Source: Microcoleus sp. (GTDB lineage Bacteria; Cyanobacteriota; Cyanobacteriia; Cyanobacteriales; Microcoleaceae). From it: a stretch of DNA of 64,000 nt. Of the stretch, positions 21,451 through 31,993 are shown in pieces. Within the stretch, counting starts at the first letter, position 1. The number at the start of each line of letters is the position of its first letter. The notes beneath the pieces were generated by a model. It made no database searches. It saw nothing but the letters and a program-made list of their open reading frames with translations, and was not told the DNA's origin. The position numbers and the translations under genes were made by a program. Location of the stretch: positions 32,001 through 96,000 of the forward strand of contig JAYFMW010000007.1 in assembly GCA_042408215.1 (NCBI GenBank), written 5' to 3'.

Positions 21451-24400
21451 TTAGAATTCGCCAACTACCGCTGAAACGCAGCGTTCGCAAATTAGCGGGT
21501 GTTCGATGGACTCTCCGACGTGAGTCGAATAATTCCAGCAGCGATCGCACTTTTCGCCCTCTGCTTTGACAACACCAATCGCCAACTCTGGAGACTGGAA
21601 ACTGTAAGGCAATTCTTGCATAACTGCATTAGATTCTATCAGTTCTACTTCCGAAGTAATGAACAAGTAGCGCAATTCATCTACACCGTTGCCGGCCGCA
21701 GAATGGGGAATTACAGCTATTTTTGCCGGAGTTTCTGATTTTGGTTCCACTGCAATTAATTCTGCTTTCGGGATTTCTGGTATTTCTACAATCCCTGGTT
21801 CTACTAGGTTCGTCAGTACGATCGCCTGTTTTTCTGGTATCACAATCGCTGTGGTTTTTCCAAATACATCTGCTGTCATAGAACCAATTTCTGCTGCAAT
21901 TTCTTGACGGTTGGCGGCCAACAGCAAGTGACGGAAAGCAAACCACATTGTGAATAGGATACCGATGATTTCAAAGAGTCCTCCCAGCAGGGGAATCTGA
22001 TTCATCGTATCCAAAATCGCCAGAGTTACTTTCCCCGTTAACAACACTGAGATTAACAGCCCAAATGTTACCAGCACTGTTTGGTATTCTGTCAAAAAAT
22101 TGCCCGCGTAGCTAGGTAAATCTGCCACAAACTGGGCGGTTTTATCTAACATTTGCTGCCAATTTGAACCCGACGGTTCAACGGCCGAATACTCTATTAC
22201 CTGAGAAGGTCGATCGCCTTTTTCTCCGCCTGTTTCCTCATTAACATGAATTGTCTTTTTTGTCAAGAGTTTGGCAACTTTTGCCGCTTGTTCTTCCTGT
22301 TGAGCTTGTGCTAGTTTTGCTGTTTCCTCTGCTGCTAAATGTATTAGGGAATTTTGCGATCGCACATATTCGACTAAACCTTCGCTGCTAGGATTCAAAG
22401 CTTGCAATTGCTCTCTTTTCTCAACATCAGCAACATACAATAAAACCTTAGCTTCCAAAGAAGAGCCGATCGTCTTTTGAATCCTAGCCTGTTCCAAAAC
22501 CTTGTTAACTTCCCCGCGCACTTGCCGCAAATATTGCCAACGAGTCGCCAATTCTGGATTATGCCATGAAGCATCCAATTCCACCCAACCCGATTCAAAC
22601 ACTGATTTGTACGGTGTTGGATAGGGAATGTATTGCCAAATATCCTCAGCCATGTGGCACAACACAGGTGCGATCGCCTTTGCCAAATTCTCCACAGCGA
22701 TCGCAATCACCGTCTGACAACTGCGGCGGCGGTGAGCATCCGTAGCGCTGATGTAAAGTCGATCTTTGGCAATATCCAGATAAAAATTCGACAAATCCAC
22801 CGTGCAGAAATTCTGCACTGTTTGGAAAAACCGAGAAAATTGGAAACTGTCAAAAGCATCCTTTACTTCCGCAAATACTTCGCCCATTCTGTGCAACATA
22901 TAGCGATCGAGTTCCGGCAATTCCTCGTAAGGTACGGCATCTTTGGCCGGATCGAAGTCATGCAAATTCCCCAGCAAAAACTTAGCTGTGTTGCGAATCT
23001 TGCGGTAAACATCCGACTGCTGTTTCAGAATGTTTTTACCTAAAGGAACATCTGCCGAATAGTCTACCGAAGACACCCACAACCGCAAAACATCGGCTCC
23101 ATATTCCTTAATTACCGCCGCCGGATCGACGACATTTCCTTCAGATTTGCTCATCTTGCGGCCTTTTTCATCCAGCACAAAACCATGAGTCAAAACTGTT
23201 TTGTAAGGAGCAACGCCGTTAGTTGCTACACTGGTGAGTAAGCTGGATTGAAACCAACCGCGATGTTGGTCTGAACCTTCCAAATACATATCAGCAGGAT
23301 AGTTCAATTCCGATCGCCCTTTTGCGACTGCGGCCCAAGAAGAACCGGAATCAAACCACACATCCATCGTGTCAGTGCCCTTGCGGTAAGTGCGGCCGTT
23401 ATTGCGGTAAGATTCCGGCAGTAATTCGGCGATCGACAATTCCCACCAAGCATCGGAACCTTTGTCAGCAATAATTGCTTGTACGTGGGCGATCGTTTCT
23501 GCATTCAGTAGCGGTTCGTTGGTTTCTTCGTCGTAGAATACGGGAATGGGAACGCCCCAAGTCCGTTGGCGAGAGATGCACCAATCCGATCGATCGCTTA
23601 CCATTGCAGTGATTCTATTTTCCCCTTGGGCGGGAATCCAATTCACATTAGAAATGGCTTTTAATGCTTCATCGCGAAACCCTTCCACCGACGCAAACCA
23701 CTGTTCCGTCGCCCGAAAAATAGTCGGCTTTTTAGTGCGCCAATCGTAAGGATAAGAGTGAGCGTAACTTTCCTCTTTAATCAAACAATTTGCTTCTGCA
23801 AGGGCATCAATCACTGCGCCATTGCCGTTTCCGAGGACATTTAAACCTGCGAATACTCCGGCTTCTGCGGTGAAGTTTCCATTTTCATCTACGGGAGTTA
23901 AAACAGGCAAACCGCAGCGTTTTCCGACGATAAAATCTTCTTGTCCGTGGCCCGGTGCGGTGTGCACTAATCCCGTCCCGGAATCAGCGGTAATGTAATC
24001 GCCGCCAGCCACGATCGGACTTTCGCGATCGAACAAAGGATGTTTGTAAGTACAACCTTCTAATTCCTTGCCTTTGAAAGTCGCCAGTATTTTTAATTCT
24101 GTATTAAAAGTTGCCGACAGTCGATCGACCGCATCCAGAGCTACTAACATGAATTGTTGGGCGATGTGGGAATCTGCCGGCGGTTCCACCACGGCGTAAG
24201 TCAGTTCGGGATTGACGGCGATCGCCAAGTTAGCCGGAATCGTCCAGGGGGTAGTCGTCCAAATCGCTGCCCAGAGGCTCGGCATATAGCGCTTGAGCTT
24301 CGATTGCAAAGATTTTGACAATTTTCTCACATGAAAGCCAACGTAGATGCTGCGCGAAGTGTGGCCTTCAGGATATTCTAATTCAGCTTCAGCGAGGGCA

Positions 24401-24984
24401 GTTTTGGAACTCGGACTCCAGTGAACTGGTTTGAAGCCACGGTAGATGTAGCCTTTGAGCACCATTTCACCGAATACGCCGATTTGGGCGGCTTCGTATT
24501 CCGGCTTCAGGGTTAAATAGGGGTGTTCCCAGTCGCCCCAAACACCGTAGGTTTTGAAGGAGGCGCGTTGTTGTTCGACGGTTTGTTGGGCGAAGGCGGC
24601 GGCTTTGTGGCGGAGTTCGATCGGGGTAAGATTGAGGCGATCGTCCGATTTCATGTTTTTCAAGACTTGAAGTTCGATCGGCAATCCATGACAATCCCAA
24701 CCGGGAACATAGCGAACTTTTTTGCCGCACAACATTTGGTAGCGGTTGATAAAATCTTTGAGGATTTTGTTGAGGGCGTGGCCAATGTGGAGTTGACCAT
24801 TGGCGTAGGGTGGCCCGTCATGGAGGACGAACAAATCGCCCGGATTATTTTCCGAAAGGCGATCGTAGATTTGTTCGTCAGCCCAAAATTGTTGCAATTC
24901 CGGTTCCCGTTTGACGGCGTTGGCGCGCATTTCAAACTTGGTTTGGGGCAGGTTTACGGTGTCTTTGTAAGATTTTGCTTCCAT
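21451..24984 (-). CDS. ileS: Isoleucine-tRNA ligase with inserted CAAD domain
   Basis: HIGH, KMSKS and C-terminal CDRCW..CERC. An insert of about 230 aa contains two TM helices and QIPLLGGLFEIIG..WF. Confidence 0.97.
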   Translation of the reverse strand: MEAKSYKDTVNLPQTKFEMRANAVKREPELQQFWADEQIYDRLSENNPGDLFVLHDGPPYANGQLHIGHALNKILKDFINRYQMLCGKKVRYVPGWDCHGLPIELQVLKNMKSDDRLNLTPIELRHKAAAFAQQTVEQQRASFKTYGVWGDWEHPYLTLKPEYEAAQIGVFGEMVLKGYIYRGFKPVHWSPSSKTALAEAELEYPEGHTSRSIYVGFHVRKLSKSLQSKLKRYMPSLWAAIWTTTPWTIPANLAIAVNPELTYAVVEPPADSHIAQQFMLVALDAVDRLSATFNTELKILATFKGKELEGCTYKHPLFDRESPIVAGGDYITADSGTGLVHTAPGHGQEDFIVGKRCGLPVLTPVDENGNFTAEAGVFAGLNVLGNGNGAVIDALAEANCLIKEESYAHSYPYDWRTKKPTIFRATEQWFASVEGFRDEALKAISNVNWIPAQGENRITAMVSDRSDWCISRQRTWGVPIPVFYDEETNEPLLNAETIAHVQAIIADKGSDAWWELSIAELLPESYRNNGRTYRKGTDTMDVWFDSGSSWAAVAKGRSELNYPADMYLEGSDQHRGWFQSSLLTSVATNGVAPYKTVLTHGFVLDEKGRKMSKSEGNVVDPAAVIKEYGADVLRLWVSSVDYSADVPLGKNILKQQSDVYRKIRNTAKFLLGNLHDFDPAKDAVPYEELPELDRYMLHRMGEVFAEVKDAFDSFQFSRFFQTVQNFCTVDLSNFYLDIAKDRLYISATDAHRRRSCQTVIAIAVENLAKAIAPVLCHMAEDIWQYIPYPTPYKSVFESGWVELDASWHNPELATRWQYLRQVRGEVNKVLEQARIQKTIGSSLEAKVLLYVADVEKREQLQALNPSSEGLVEYVRSQNSLIHLAAEETAKLAQAQQEEQAAKVAKLLTKKTIHVNEETGGEKGDRPSQVIEYSAVEPSGSNWQQMLDKTAQFVADLPSYAGNFLTEYQTVLVTFGLLISVLLTGKVTLAILDTMNQIPLLGGLFEIIGILFTMWFAFRHLLLAANRQEIAAEIGSMTADVFGKTTAIVIPEKQAIVLTNLVEPGIVEIPEIPKAELIAVEPKSETPAKIAVIPHSAAGNGVDELRYLFITSEVELIESNAVMQELPYSFQSPELAIGVVKAEGEKCDRCWNYSTHVGESIEHPLICERCVSAVVGEF

Positions 24985-25280
24985 TATTGTGAAGTGTTTT
25001 CTGTGGTTATTTGTTAGTAGTTAGCGGTTAGTTGGGAGATGATATCCAGTCCGGTTAAATAATCATAATTAGTTTGTAGTGAAGACTTTAGTCCTCTCTC
25101 GGCCTTGAACGGCGGAGCACCAGATATTCCAGTATAAGCGATCGCACGCAAATTAGATCCAACCAAATCCCTAGGCCACTCTCTCCTCTCTTCCTCTGCG
25201 CCCTCTGCGCCCTCTGTGGTTAAAAAATCTTTCATAAATCAAGGTAGCGCTACTCAATCAACCAACTGAACATCGATCTA

Positions 25281-25420
25281 TCCGACGATCCGGCTGGGGT
25301 TCAAACCCCAGCCTCAAAGCTGAAGTCGTCTGAAGACGACTGTAAATTCTCAATTCAATATTCCTCTTTCAGAGGACTTTCGCTATGAGACAGGGAATTC
25401 ATTCCCTGTCGGACTGTCGG
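25281..25420. repeat. Multi-hairpin dispersed repeat
   Basis: GGCTGGGGTTCAAACCCCAGCC, AGTCGTCTGAAGACGACT, TCCTCTTTCAGAGGA and GACAGGGAATTCATTCCCTGTC hairpins. Confidence 0.6.
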
Positions 25421-25453
25421 ACTGTATGTCAGACTGTGGCAAGTGAGAAAAGC

Positions 25454-25864
25454 TCATAGAAACAGTCCGAACCCGCGGCTGACGGCATTTCCCAGGCGAT
25501 CGCACAATGAAGCATCCGGCACTTTATTTCCTTCCTGTTCCCATTTTTCCACGAGTTGGCGGCCCAGGGGCGTGAGGCGAAAACTGTCGGTAATCCCTTG
25601 TCCGTCTACTTCTCGCCGCAGTACGCCGACTTGGATCAGCCACAGCAGGGAGTTTTCGGCTGCGAGTTCGGCTACGGGCGATCGGGTGTAGCCGCGTTCG
25701 ACACCGGAATTTGAGGCGATCGTTGTCAGGAAAACGCTGTTATCGCGGATGGTCTGGAAGAAGTGTAATTGAAATGGGCTGCACCGGATCGCGCGATCGG
25801 CTCTTTTGACGGTGCGGCTGGGATAACTAATAGATTTAAACGCTTCGGATGGGATAAAAGTCAT
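25454..25864 (-). CDS. Npun_F0494-family protein
   Basis: LLWLIQVGVLRREVDGQGITDSFRLTPLG. Confidence 0.8.
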   Translation of the reverse strand: MTFIPSEAFKSISYPSRTVKRADRAIRCSPFQLHFFQTIRDNSVFLTTIASNSGVERGYTRSPVAELAAENSLLWLIQVGVLRREVDGQGITDSFRLTPLGRQLVEKWEQEGNKVPDASLCDRLGNAVSRGFGLFL

Positions 25865-25920
25865 TGAGAGAACTTTTGAATAGGTACTATATTTTTAATT
25901 GTTACATATCATACATATTC

Positions 25921-25996
25921 GTAGGGGTAGTGCTACCCCTACTCCCCGTGCCTACCCCCGACCGATCGGGGCAACCACGGGGGGTTTGCCCCTACA
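25921..25996. repeat. GTAG-type REP doublet
   Basis: GTAGGGG...TTGCCCCTAC ends with internal hairpins. Confidence 0.6.
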
Positions 25997-26038
25997 AGAA
26001 TTACACAATTTATTTAGTTTACTAATTCTACACTTATT

Positions 26039-28774
26039 ATGACAGATACACTGAATAATATCAACAAATTTGTTGAATACGTTCGTACTTTGAAGGGAGA
26101 CGAAAAAGGCGAGGCACAGGTATTTTGCGATCGCCTGTTTCAAGCCTTCGGTCATGCGGGCTACAAGGAAGCGGGAGCCGAACTAGAATTTCGGGTAAAA
26201 GCGAAAGGCAAAACTACGAAATTTGCTGATTTGCTGTGGCGACCTCGGTTGTTGCTGGAGATGAAAAAACGGGGCGAAAAACTGGAAAAACACTATCAAC
26301 AAGCCTTTGAATACTGGCTGGAGCTAGTGCCGCAGCGTCCTAAATATGTGGTTCTTTGCAACTTTGATGAATTTTGGATTTATGACTTCGATCTACAGCT
26401 TCGGGAACCTGTAGATCGAGTTAATCTAGAAGATTTACCCGATCGCTTCACAGCCTTAAACTTTCTTTTCCCCGAAAATCGCCAGCCTTTATTCAATAAC
26501 AACCAAATTGATGTAACGCGAACTGCCGCTGACAAAGTTGCTCTAGTTTTCAATCGCTTGGTGGAGCGAGGAGAAAAAGTAGAAACCGCTCAAAGGTTTA
26601 TCCTTCAGTGTGTAGTAGCATTGTTTGCTGAAGATATCGATTTATTGCCTAGAGGTTTATTCACGGAATTTTTAGATATTTGCAAGACCAATCGAGAGAG
26701 TTCTTATGATTTAATTGGGGGTTTATTTCGGCAAATGGGAAGCGATCGCCCCGCACCTAAAGACAGCCGCTATCGGGATGTATCCTATTTTAATGGCGGT
26801 ATCTTCTCAGTTGTAGAACCCATCGCCCTGACTCGCAGCGAAATCGATCTGTTATTAGAGGCCGCAAAGGAACGGTGGTCAAAGGTAGAACCGGCGATTT
26901 TTGGCGCGTTGTTTGAGTCCAGTATGGGCAAAGAGGAACGTCATGCCTTGGGAGCTCATTACACCAGCGAGGCAGACATTCAAAAAGTAGTTTTGCCTAC
27001 GATTATCCGCCCGTGGCGAGAACGGATTGAAGCTGCGAAGACGCTGAAAGATTTGTTGGGGCTGCGGCAAGAATTACTTGATTTCAAAGTTCTCGATCCA
27101 GCCTGTGGGAGTGGTAATTTTCTCTATGTTGCTTATCGGGAACTGAAGCGGTTAGAGGCACAATTGCTAACCAAGATTCATGAGAATTTCTCTCGTGCTG
27201 CTAATGCGATAGGTACGATGTCGCTGGTGAAGACAAGCCAGTTTTACGGCATTGACATCAAACCCTTTGCCGTGGAATTGGCAAAAGTGACGCTGATGCT
27301 TGCTAAAAAGTTAGCTTTAGATGAAGACAGCCAGTTGCTCAATGTCGTACAGATGAACCTGCCACTGGAACTCGATCAAGCATTACCGCTCGATAATCTC
27401 GATCGCAATATCCGCTGTGATGATGCTCTGTTTTGCGAGTGGGAACAAGTTAATGTAATTATTGGCAATCCTCCCTTTTTGGGTGGTAAGCAGATGCGCT
27501 TGGTTTTGGGTGATGAATATATTGATCGCATCTTTGCTAAATTTCCTGAAGTAAAAGATTCTGTGGATTTTTGCACCTATTGGTTCCGTCTTGCTCATCA
27601 ACATTTAGGAGAAAATTGCCGCGCTGGTTTAGTCGCCACCAATTCCATTTCTCAGGGTAAAAGTCGTAAAGCTGCCCTAGATTACATTACTCAAAATGGC
27701 GGCCATATTTACGATGCCATCTCCACACAACCTTGGTCTGGTGAAGCTAAAGTACATATCAGTATTATCAACTGGCTCAAAACCTCTGACGCTCAAGAAT
27801 TAACCTACCGTATCGATCACAAAGTTGTCTCAAACATTAACTCTTCTCTAAAAGCTGAAGTTGATGTTACCCAAGCAGTGCGGCTGAAGACAAATTTGAA
27901 TCGATGTTTTGCAGGTATAACTCCTGTAGGTACGGGCTTTATTGTGTCATTGGAGCAAGCAGAAGCATGGAATAAAGTGAATCCAAAAAATCGGGAAGTA
28001 ATTCGTCCTTTTCTAGAAGGTAATGACCTCGTAGCCAACCCCTACAGAGGTCTAAAAAATTTGATTATCGACTTTAATGACATGAGCATTGAAGAGGCAA
28101 GTGAATATGTCCAGCCTTTTCAATGGGTTAAAATGAGAGTGAAACCAGAAAGAGATTTGAATCGTAGAAAGGTTTATCAAAAATACTGGTGGCAATTTGG
28201 AGAACGAAGACCCGCAATGCGTCAAGCCATAAAATCAGTTTCTCAATACTTTGCAGTTACTCAGACCTCGAAATGGGCAATTTTTCTTCCTTGTCCTATT
28301 GAATGGCTACCTAATGCTAGAACGCGAGTTGTTACCTGCGACGACTTTTATATTTTGGGAATACTCACATCTAGCACTCATCAGATTTGGATGCACGCAC
28401 AAAAATCTACACTAGAGGATCGAATTAGCTACACTCACAACACCTGTTTTGAAACCTTCCCATTTCCCCAAAATTGCCCAGAAAAAACCAAAACAGAAAT
28501 TCGAGTAGCAATGCAATCTCTCCATGACTACCGCACCGAGTATATGGAGCGCAAACAGTGCGGCATTACCCAACTATACAACCAATTTTTTGATGAACCC
28601 GCCAGCCAACTTGCCAAACTCCACGCCCAATTAGACCAACTCGTTTGCAAAGCCTACGGTATCAAAGCCAACCAAGACCCCTTAAAGTTTCTATTAGAAT
28701 TAAACTCTGAAGTTGCACAGCGAGAAAGTGAGGGCTTACCTGTTGTCGCTCCCTGTTTGCCACCTGTTGTATAA
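26039..28774 (+). CDS. MmeI-like Type IIL restriction-modification enzyme (nuclease + m6A methyltransferase + TRD)
   Basis: FADLLW...LEMKK (PD-ExK-like), LGAHYTS, LDPACGSGNFL, IGNPPFLGG, CFETFPFP. Confidence 0.88.
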   Translation: MTDTLNNINKFVEYVRTLKGDEKGEAQVFCDRLFQAFGHAGYKEAGAELEFRVKAKGKTTKFADLLWRPRLLLEMKKRGEKLEKHYQQAFEYWLELVPQRPKYVVLCNFDEFWIYDFDLQLREPVDRVNLEDLPDRFTALNFLFPENRQPLFNNNQIDVTRTAADKVALVFNRLVERGEKVETAQRFILQCVVALFAEDIDLLPRGLFTEFLDICKTNRESSYDLIGGLFRQMGSDRPAPKDSRYRDVSYFNGGIFSVVEPIALTRSEIDLLLEAAKERWSKVEPAIFGALFESSMGKEERHALGAHYTSEADIQKVVLPTIIRPWRERIEAAKTLKDLLGLRQELLDFKVLDPACGSGNFLYVAYRELKRLEAQLLTKIHENFSRAANAIGTMSLVKTSQFYGIDIKPFAVELAKVTLMLAKKLALDEDSQLLNVVQMNLPLELDQALPLDNLDRNIRCDDALFCEWEQVNVIIGNPPFLGGKQMRLVLGDEYIDRIFAKFPEVKDSVDFCTYWFRLAHQHLGENCRAGLVATNSISQGKSRKAALDYITQNGGHIYDAISTQPWSGEAKVHISIINWLKTSDAQELTYRIDHKVVSNINSSLKAEVDVTQAVRLKTNLNRCFAGITPVGTGFIVSLEQAEAWNKVNPKNREVIRPFLEGNDLVANPYRGLKNLIIDFNDMSIEEASEYVQPFQWVKMRVKPERDLNRRKVYQKYWWQFGERRPAMRQAIKSVSQYFAVTQTSKWAIFLPCPIEWLPNARTRVVTCDDFYILGILTSSTHQIWMHAQKSTLEDRISYTHNTCFETFPFPQNCPEKTKTEIRVAMQSLHDYRTEYMERKQCGITQLYNQFFDEPASQLAKLHAQLDQLVCKAYGIKANQDPLKFLLELNSEVAQRESEGLPVVAPCLPPVV

Positions 28775-28805
28775 AAATGCCAGCAAGGTCGGACAAGGCA
28801 ATGTC

Positions 28806-29472
28806 CATTGGTGTCAACTTAAGCCTGAAACCCTTGATAAATATCGTTTTTATGCTAAGTCTAGATCCCCCTAAATCCCCCTTAATAAGGGGGACTTTGA
28901 AAGGACTCCTGTCCCCCCCTTCTTAAGGGGGGCTAGGGGGGATCTAGATTTAATCGTCAAACAGCATTCTGTCTCTTGTCCCCCCCTTCTTAAGGGGGGC
29001 TAGGGGGGATCTAGATTTAATCGTCAAACAGCATTCTGTCTCTTGTCCCCCCCTTAGTAAGGGGGGCTAGGGGGGATCTGGATTTAATCGTCAAACAGCA
29101 TTCTGTCTCTTGTCCCCCCCTTAGTAAGGGGGGCTAGGGGGGATCTGGATTTAATCGTCAAACAGCATTCTGTCTCTTGTCCCCCCCTTAGTAAGGGGGG
29201 CTAGGGGGGATCTGGATTTAATCGTCAAACAGCATTCTGTCTCTTGTCCCCCCCTTAGTAAGGGGGGCTAGGGGGGATCTGGATTTAATCGTCAAACAGC
29301 ATTCTGTCTCTTGTCCCCCCCTTAGTAAGGGGGGCTAGGGGGGATCTGGATTTAATCGTCAAACAGCATTCTGTCTCTTGTCCCCCCCTTCTTAAGGGGG
29401 GCTAGGGGGGATCTAGATTTAATAGTCAAACAGCCATCTCTGACTGGGCTTGAGCTTAAGTTGACACCTATG
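28806..29472. mobile_element. MITE with 19-bp TIRs carrying an 8 x 67-bp tandem array
   Basis: CATTGGTGTCAACTTAAGC / GCTTAAGTTGACACCTATG; flanks GGCAATGTC and GGCACTGCC; GATTTAAT recurs every 67 bp from 28947 to 29416. Confidence 0.85.
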
Positions 29473-29529
29473 GGCACTGCCATTTCCTGATTTATCGTAA
29501 TATTAATTGTGATGCCACCGGATTTGATA

Positions 29530-29751
29530 TCAGACTAAAGTCAGAAATTCGTGTAACTCATTAATAGAAAGAGGGTTGAGATAAACATTAGACTCTGATT
29601 CATAGACTTCGGAAAAAGAATCAATAGCTTGTTTGAGTTTATCAATAGATTGTTCGGGAGTATTGCCTTGTCCCACCAATCCATTTTCTAAACACAAAGA
29701 AACCCAATAATCAGCACTTTTTCTGATAATCACAGTGTAGAAATCAATCAT
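29530..29751 (-). pseudogene. HicB-like antitoxin, probably 3'-truncated
   Basis: YWVSLCLENGLVGQGNTPEQSIDKL; the stop codon sits at the junction with an ATATCAAATCCGG repeat end. Confidence 0.55.
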
Positions 29752-29837
29752 ATTTTACTTGGTAAATTAATTTTGATGTAATCACCAAATTTGGACAACA
29801 CGCCCATAATCTAACACGCGATCGCCCGCAAGTCAAG

Positions 29838-30494
29838 CGTTTAATCATCCTTGATGATGTCCAAGAATTATTTATTAAGGGAGAATTGGCAGGAGAGTTC
29901 AAAACGGAATATAAAAATCACCAAAATTTATTGACAACGATCGCAAATATAGAACATCAAAGCAGCTTCATTTTAATAAGTCAGGAACAATGTCAAGAAA
30001 TGATTAGCCTGGATGAGGAGTTATATCCTATTAAGTGCTTAGATTTACAAGGATTAGACAATACAGAAATCTTCAAAAAATGGGGACTAAAAGATGATGA
30101 CTCCTGGGCGGAGTTGAGCGATATGTACGGAGGAAATTTCGTTGATCTAAAAGATATTGCAAGTTTAATTAAAAGTATATTTGGGGGAAAAGTTGCTGAT
30201 TTTTTAAAAGAAGATAGTTTAGTGGTCACTAAGGATATAAAATCTCGGTTGACTGAATTATTCAAACGGCTATCACCCACAGAACAAGAGATTCTTTTAC
30301 AATTAAGTAAATTTGACTTACCTGTGTCAAGGGAAGATTTAAGACAAAGTTTATCTCTGTCATCAATGGACTTAATGAATGGGTTGCGATCGTTGGGTCA
30401 ACGTTATTTACTCCAAAGAATAGAAGGAGAGAAAGTATTGTTTGATTTATCTCTTGTTGTTCGAGAATATGTGAGAACTTGTTGTCAAGATTAA
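29838..30494 (+). pseudogene. C-terminal fragment of an NB-ARC-like ATPase
   Basis: Walker B-like LIILDDVQ in frame upstream of the listed ORF; no Walker A; YGGN and RLSPTEQ motifs. Confidence 0.7.
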
Positions 30495-30510
30495 TTGCGA
30501 TCGCCTATTT

Positions 30511-30843
30511 TTACAAATACTCCAAATGATTGTTCATTTCTTCAGCATTCAGTACCTCCCAAATTAATACTAATCCTTGCAAAATTTCCCCAATTGATTT
30601 ACTGGTTTGCGGACAGTAAACAATACCCGCATGAGACAAACCTGAATGATGCAGTCTTAAAAAATCCGTATCTTGGGTAAAAATTACCCGCTCTTGAGAC
30701 AGGGAAAATGCTAATTGTTGTTCGTCGGATTGCCCGATCATTCCTTGTTCTGGAGTTGTGGTGACATCAATTCCACGTCTTCGCAATCCATTCCCTATGG
30801 CAAGAGTTATATTTTCGTCGAGATGAAATTTTATCTTAGCCAT
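30511..30843 (-). CDS. DUF5615 PIN-like toxin
   Basis: FHLDEN, SDEQQL, IFTQDTDF, HAGI. Confidence 0.88.
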   Translation of the reverse strand: MAKIKFHLDENITLAIGNGLRRRGIDVTTTPEQGMIGQSDEQQLAFSLSQERVIFTQDTDFLRLHHSGLSHAGIVYCPQTSKSIGEILQGLVLIWEVLNAEEMNNHLEYL

Positions 30844-31153
30844 GTTGACGATTTTTTAATTTTTGTTGCAATAGCGATGGGGTTTGAGCTTTCAATTGGC
30901 GGGCAAATTCTGCATCTGCTTCGATTGCAGATCGAATTTCATCTCGACGATCGTGATAATAAGCTAAAGCTGCATAGATATCAGATAAAGTAATACTCGG
31001 ATAGTGATACAGAATTTCGTCTGGTGACATTCCCATTTGTTCGTGCCAAACAACTATATCCTGAACTCGGATGCGGTGTCCGGCGATACGGGGTTTTCCC
31101 CCACAGATTCCTGGGGTGATTTCGATATGTTCTTTAATGACGGCGATCGACAT
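30836..31153 (-). CDS. DUF433 antitoxin
   Basis: PGICGGKPRIAGHRIRV, IYAALAYY; overlaps the toxin start. Confidence 0.9.
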   Translation of the reverse strand: MSIAVIKEHIEITPGICGGKPRIAGHRIRVQDIVVWHEQMGMSPDEILYHYPSITLSDIYAALAYYHDRRDEIRSAIEADAEFARQLKAQTPSLLQQKLKNRQHG

Positions 31154-31243
31154 GGTAGGGAATTAATATAGGATGTCTCTTCTATTTTAGGACAGGTTAG
31201 ACGAGTTTGGCTGTAAAAGCGATTTTAGGCGATTAATTGTATT

Positions 31244-31367
31244 AACCCGCGAAGGCGGGTTTTGTTTGTGTAGACGCGATTTCCAATCGCCCGGTCTCTT
31301 TCCATCAGTCCGCGTAGGCGGACTTCGTATGTGTAGACGCGATTTCAATCGCCGATTTCAATCGCCT
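31244..31367. repeat. Two copies of a CCGCGnAGGCGG...TGTGTAGACGCGATTTCAATCGCC repeat
   Basis: Direct repeat of a two-hairpin unit. Confidence 0.65.
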
Positions 31368-31431
31368 ATTTCAATTGCCGAAGCCCAAAATGAATTACAA
31401 TACAATTATAAATCCCAAGAAACACAAAACT

Positions 31432-31866
31432 ATGCCATTAGCAGTTGGAACCGACGCCCCTCAGTTTACCGCCAAAGACACCAACGGCAACACCGTCTCC
31501 CTGTCCGATTTTCCCGGTAAAACCGTCATCTTGTATTTCTACCCCAAAGATGACACCCCCGGCTGCACCAGACAAGCTCAAAGCTTCAAAGCAGCTCATG
31601 AAGAATACAAGGGCAAAGACATTGTAGTTCTCGGTGTCAGCCGCGATGACGAAGAATCGCACCAAAAGTTTACAGAGAAATACGGTTTGCCTTTCCAGCT
31701 ATTAGCAGATGTCGATGGCGCAATTACCCAAGCCTACGATGTCGATGGAGGCGGTTATGCTAAGCGCGTTACTTATGTCATCGACGGTAACGGCAAAATT
31801 AGTCATGTTGATGACAAGGTGACTACTGCCTCTCACGCTCAAGATCTTCTCGTCACCATAGTTTAG
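31432..31866 (+). CDS. Peroxiredoxin Q/BCP, single-cysteine type
   Basis: LYFYPKDDTPGCT; no second Cys in the ORF. Confidence 0.92.
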   Translation: MPLAVGTDAPQFTAKDTNGNTVSLSDFPGKTVILYFYPKDDTPGCTRQAQSFKAAHEEYKGKDIVVLGVSRDDEESHQKFTEKYGLPFQLLADVDGAITQAYDVDGGGYAKRVTYVIDGNGKISHVDDKVTTASHAQDLLVTIV

Positions 31867-31879
31867 CGCCTGTTTTTCA

Positions 31880-31993
31880 ACCCGGAGATCCCCCCTAACC
31901 CCCCTTAAGAAGGGGGGGACAAGAGTATTCTTTCGTCAACCCTACTCACACCCTACTCCCTTTTTAAGGGGGATGCGAGGGGGATCTCCGGGT
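31880..31993. repeat. CCCCCTAA..CCCCCTT..AAGGGG multi-hairpin repeat
   Basis: Outer IR ACCCGGAGATCCCCC...GGGGATCTCCGGGT; same family as 28860 and 35074. Confidence 0.7.

Noticed and set aside
28910..29435. CRISPR array (67-bp period)
   Set aside because: Units are nearly identical with no unique spacers, and no cas genes are present.
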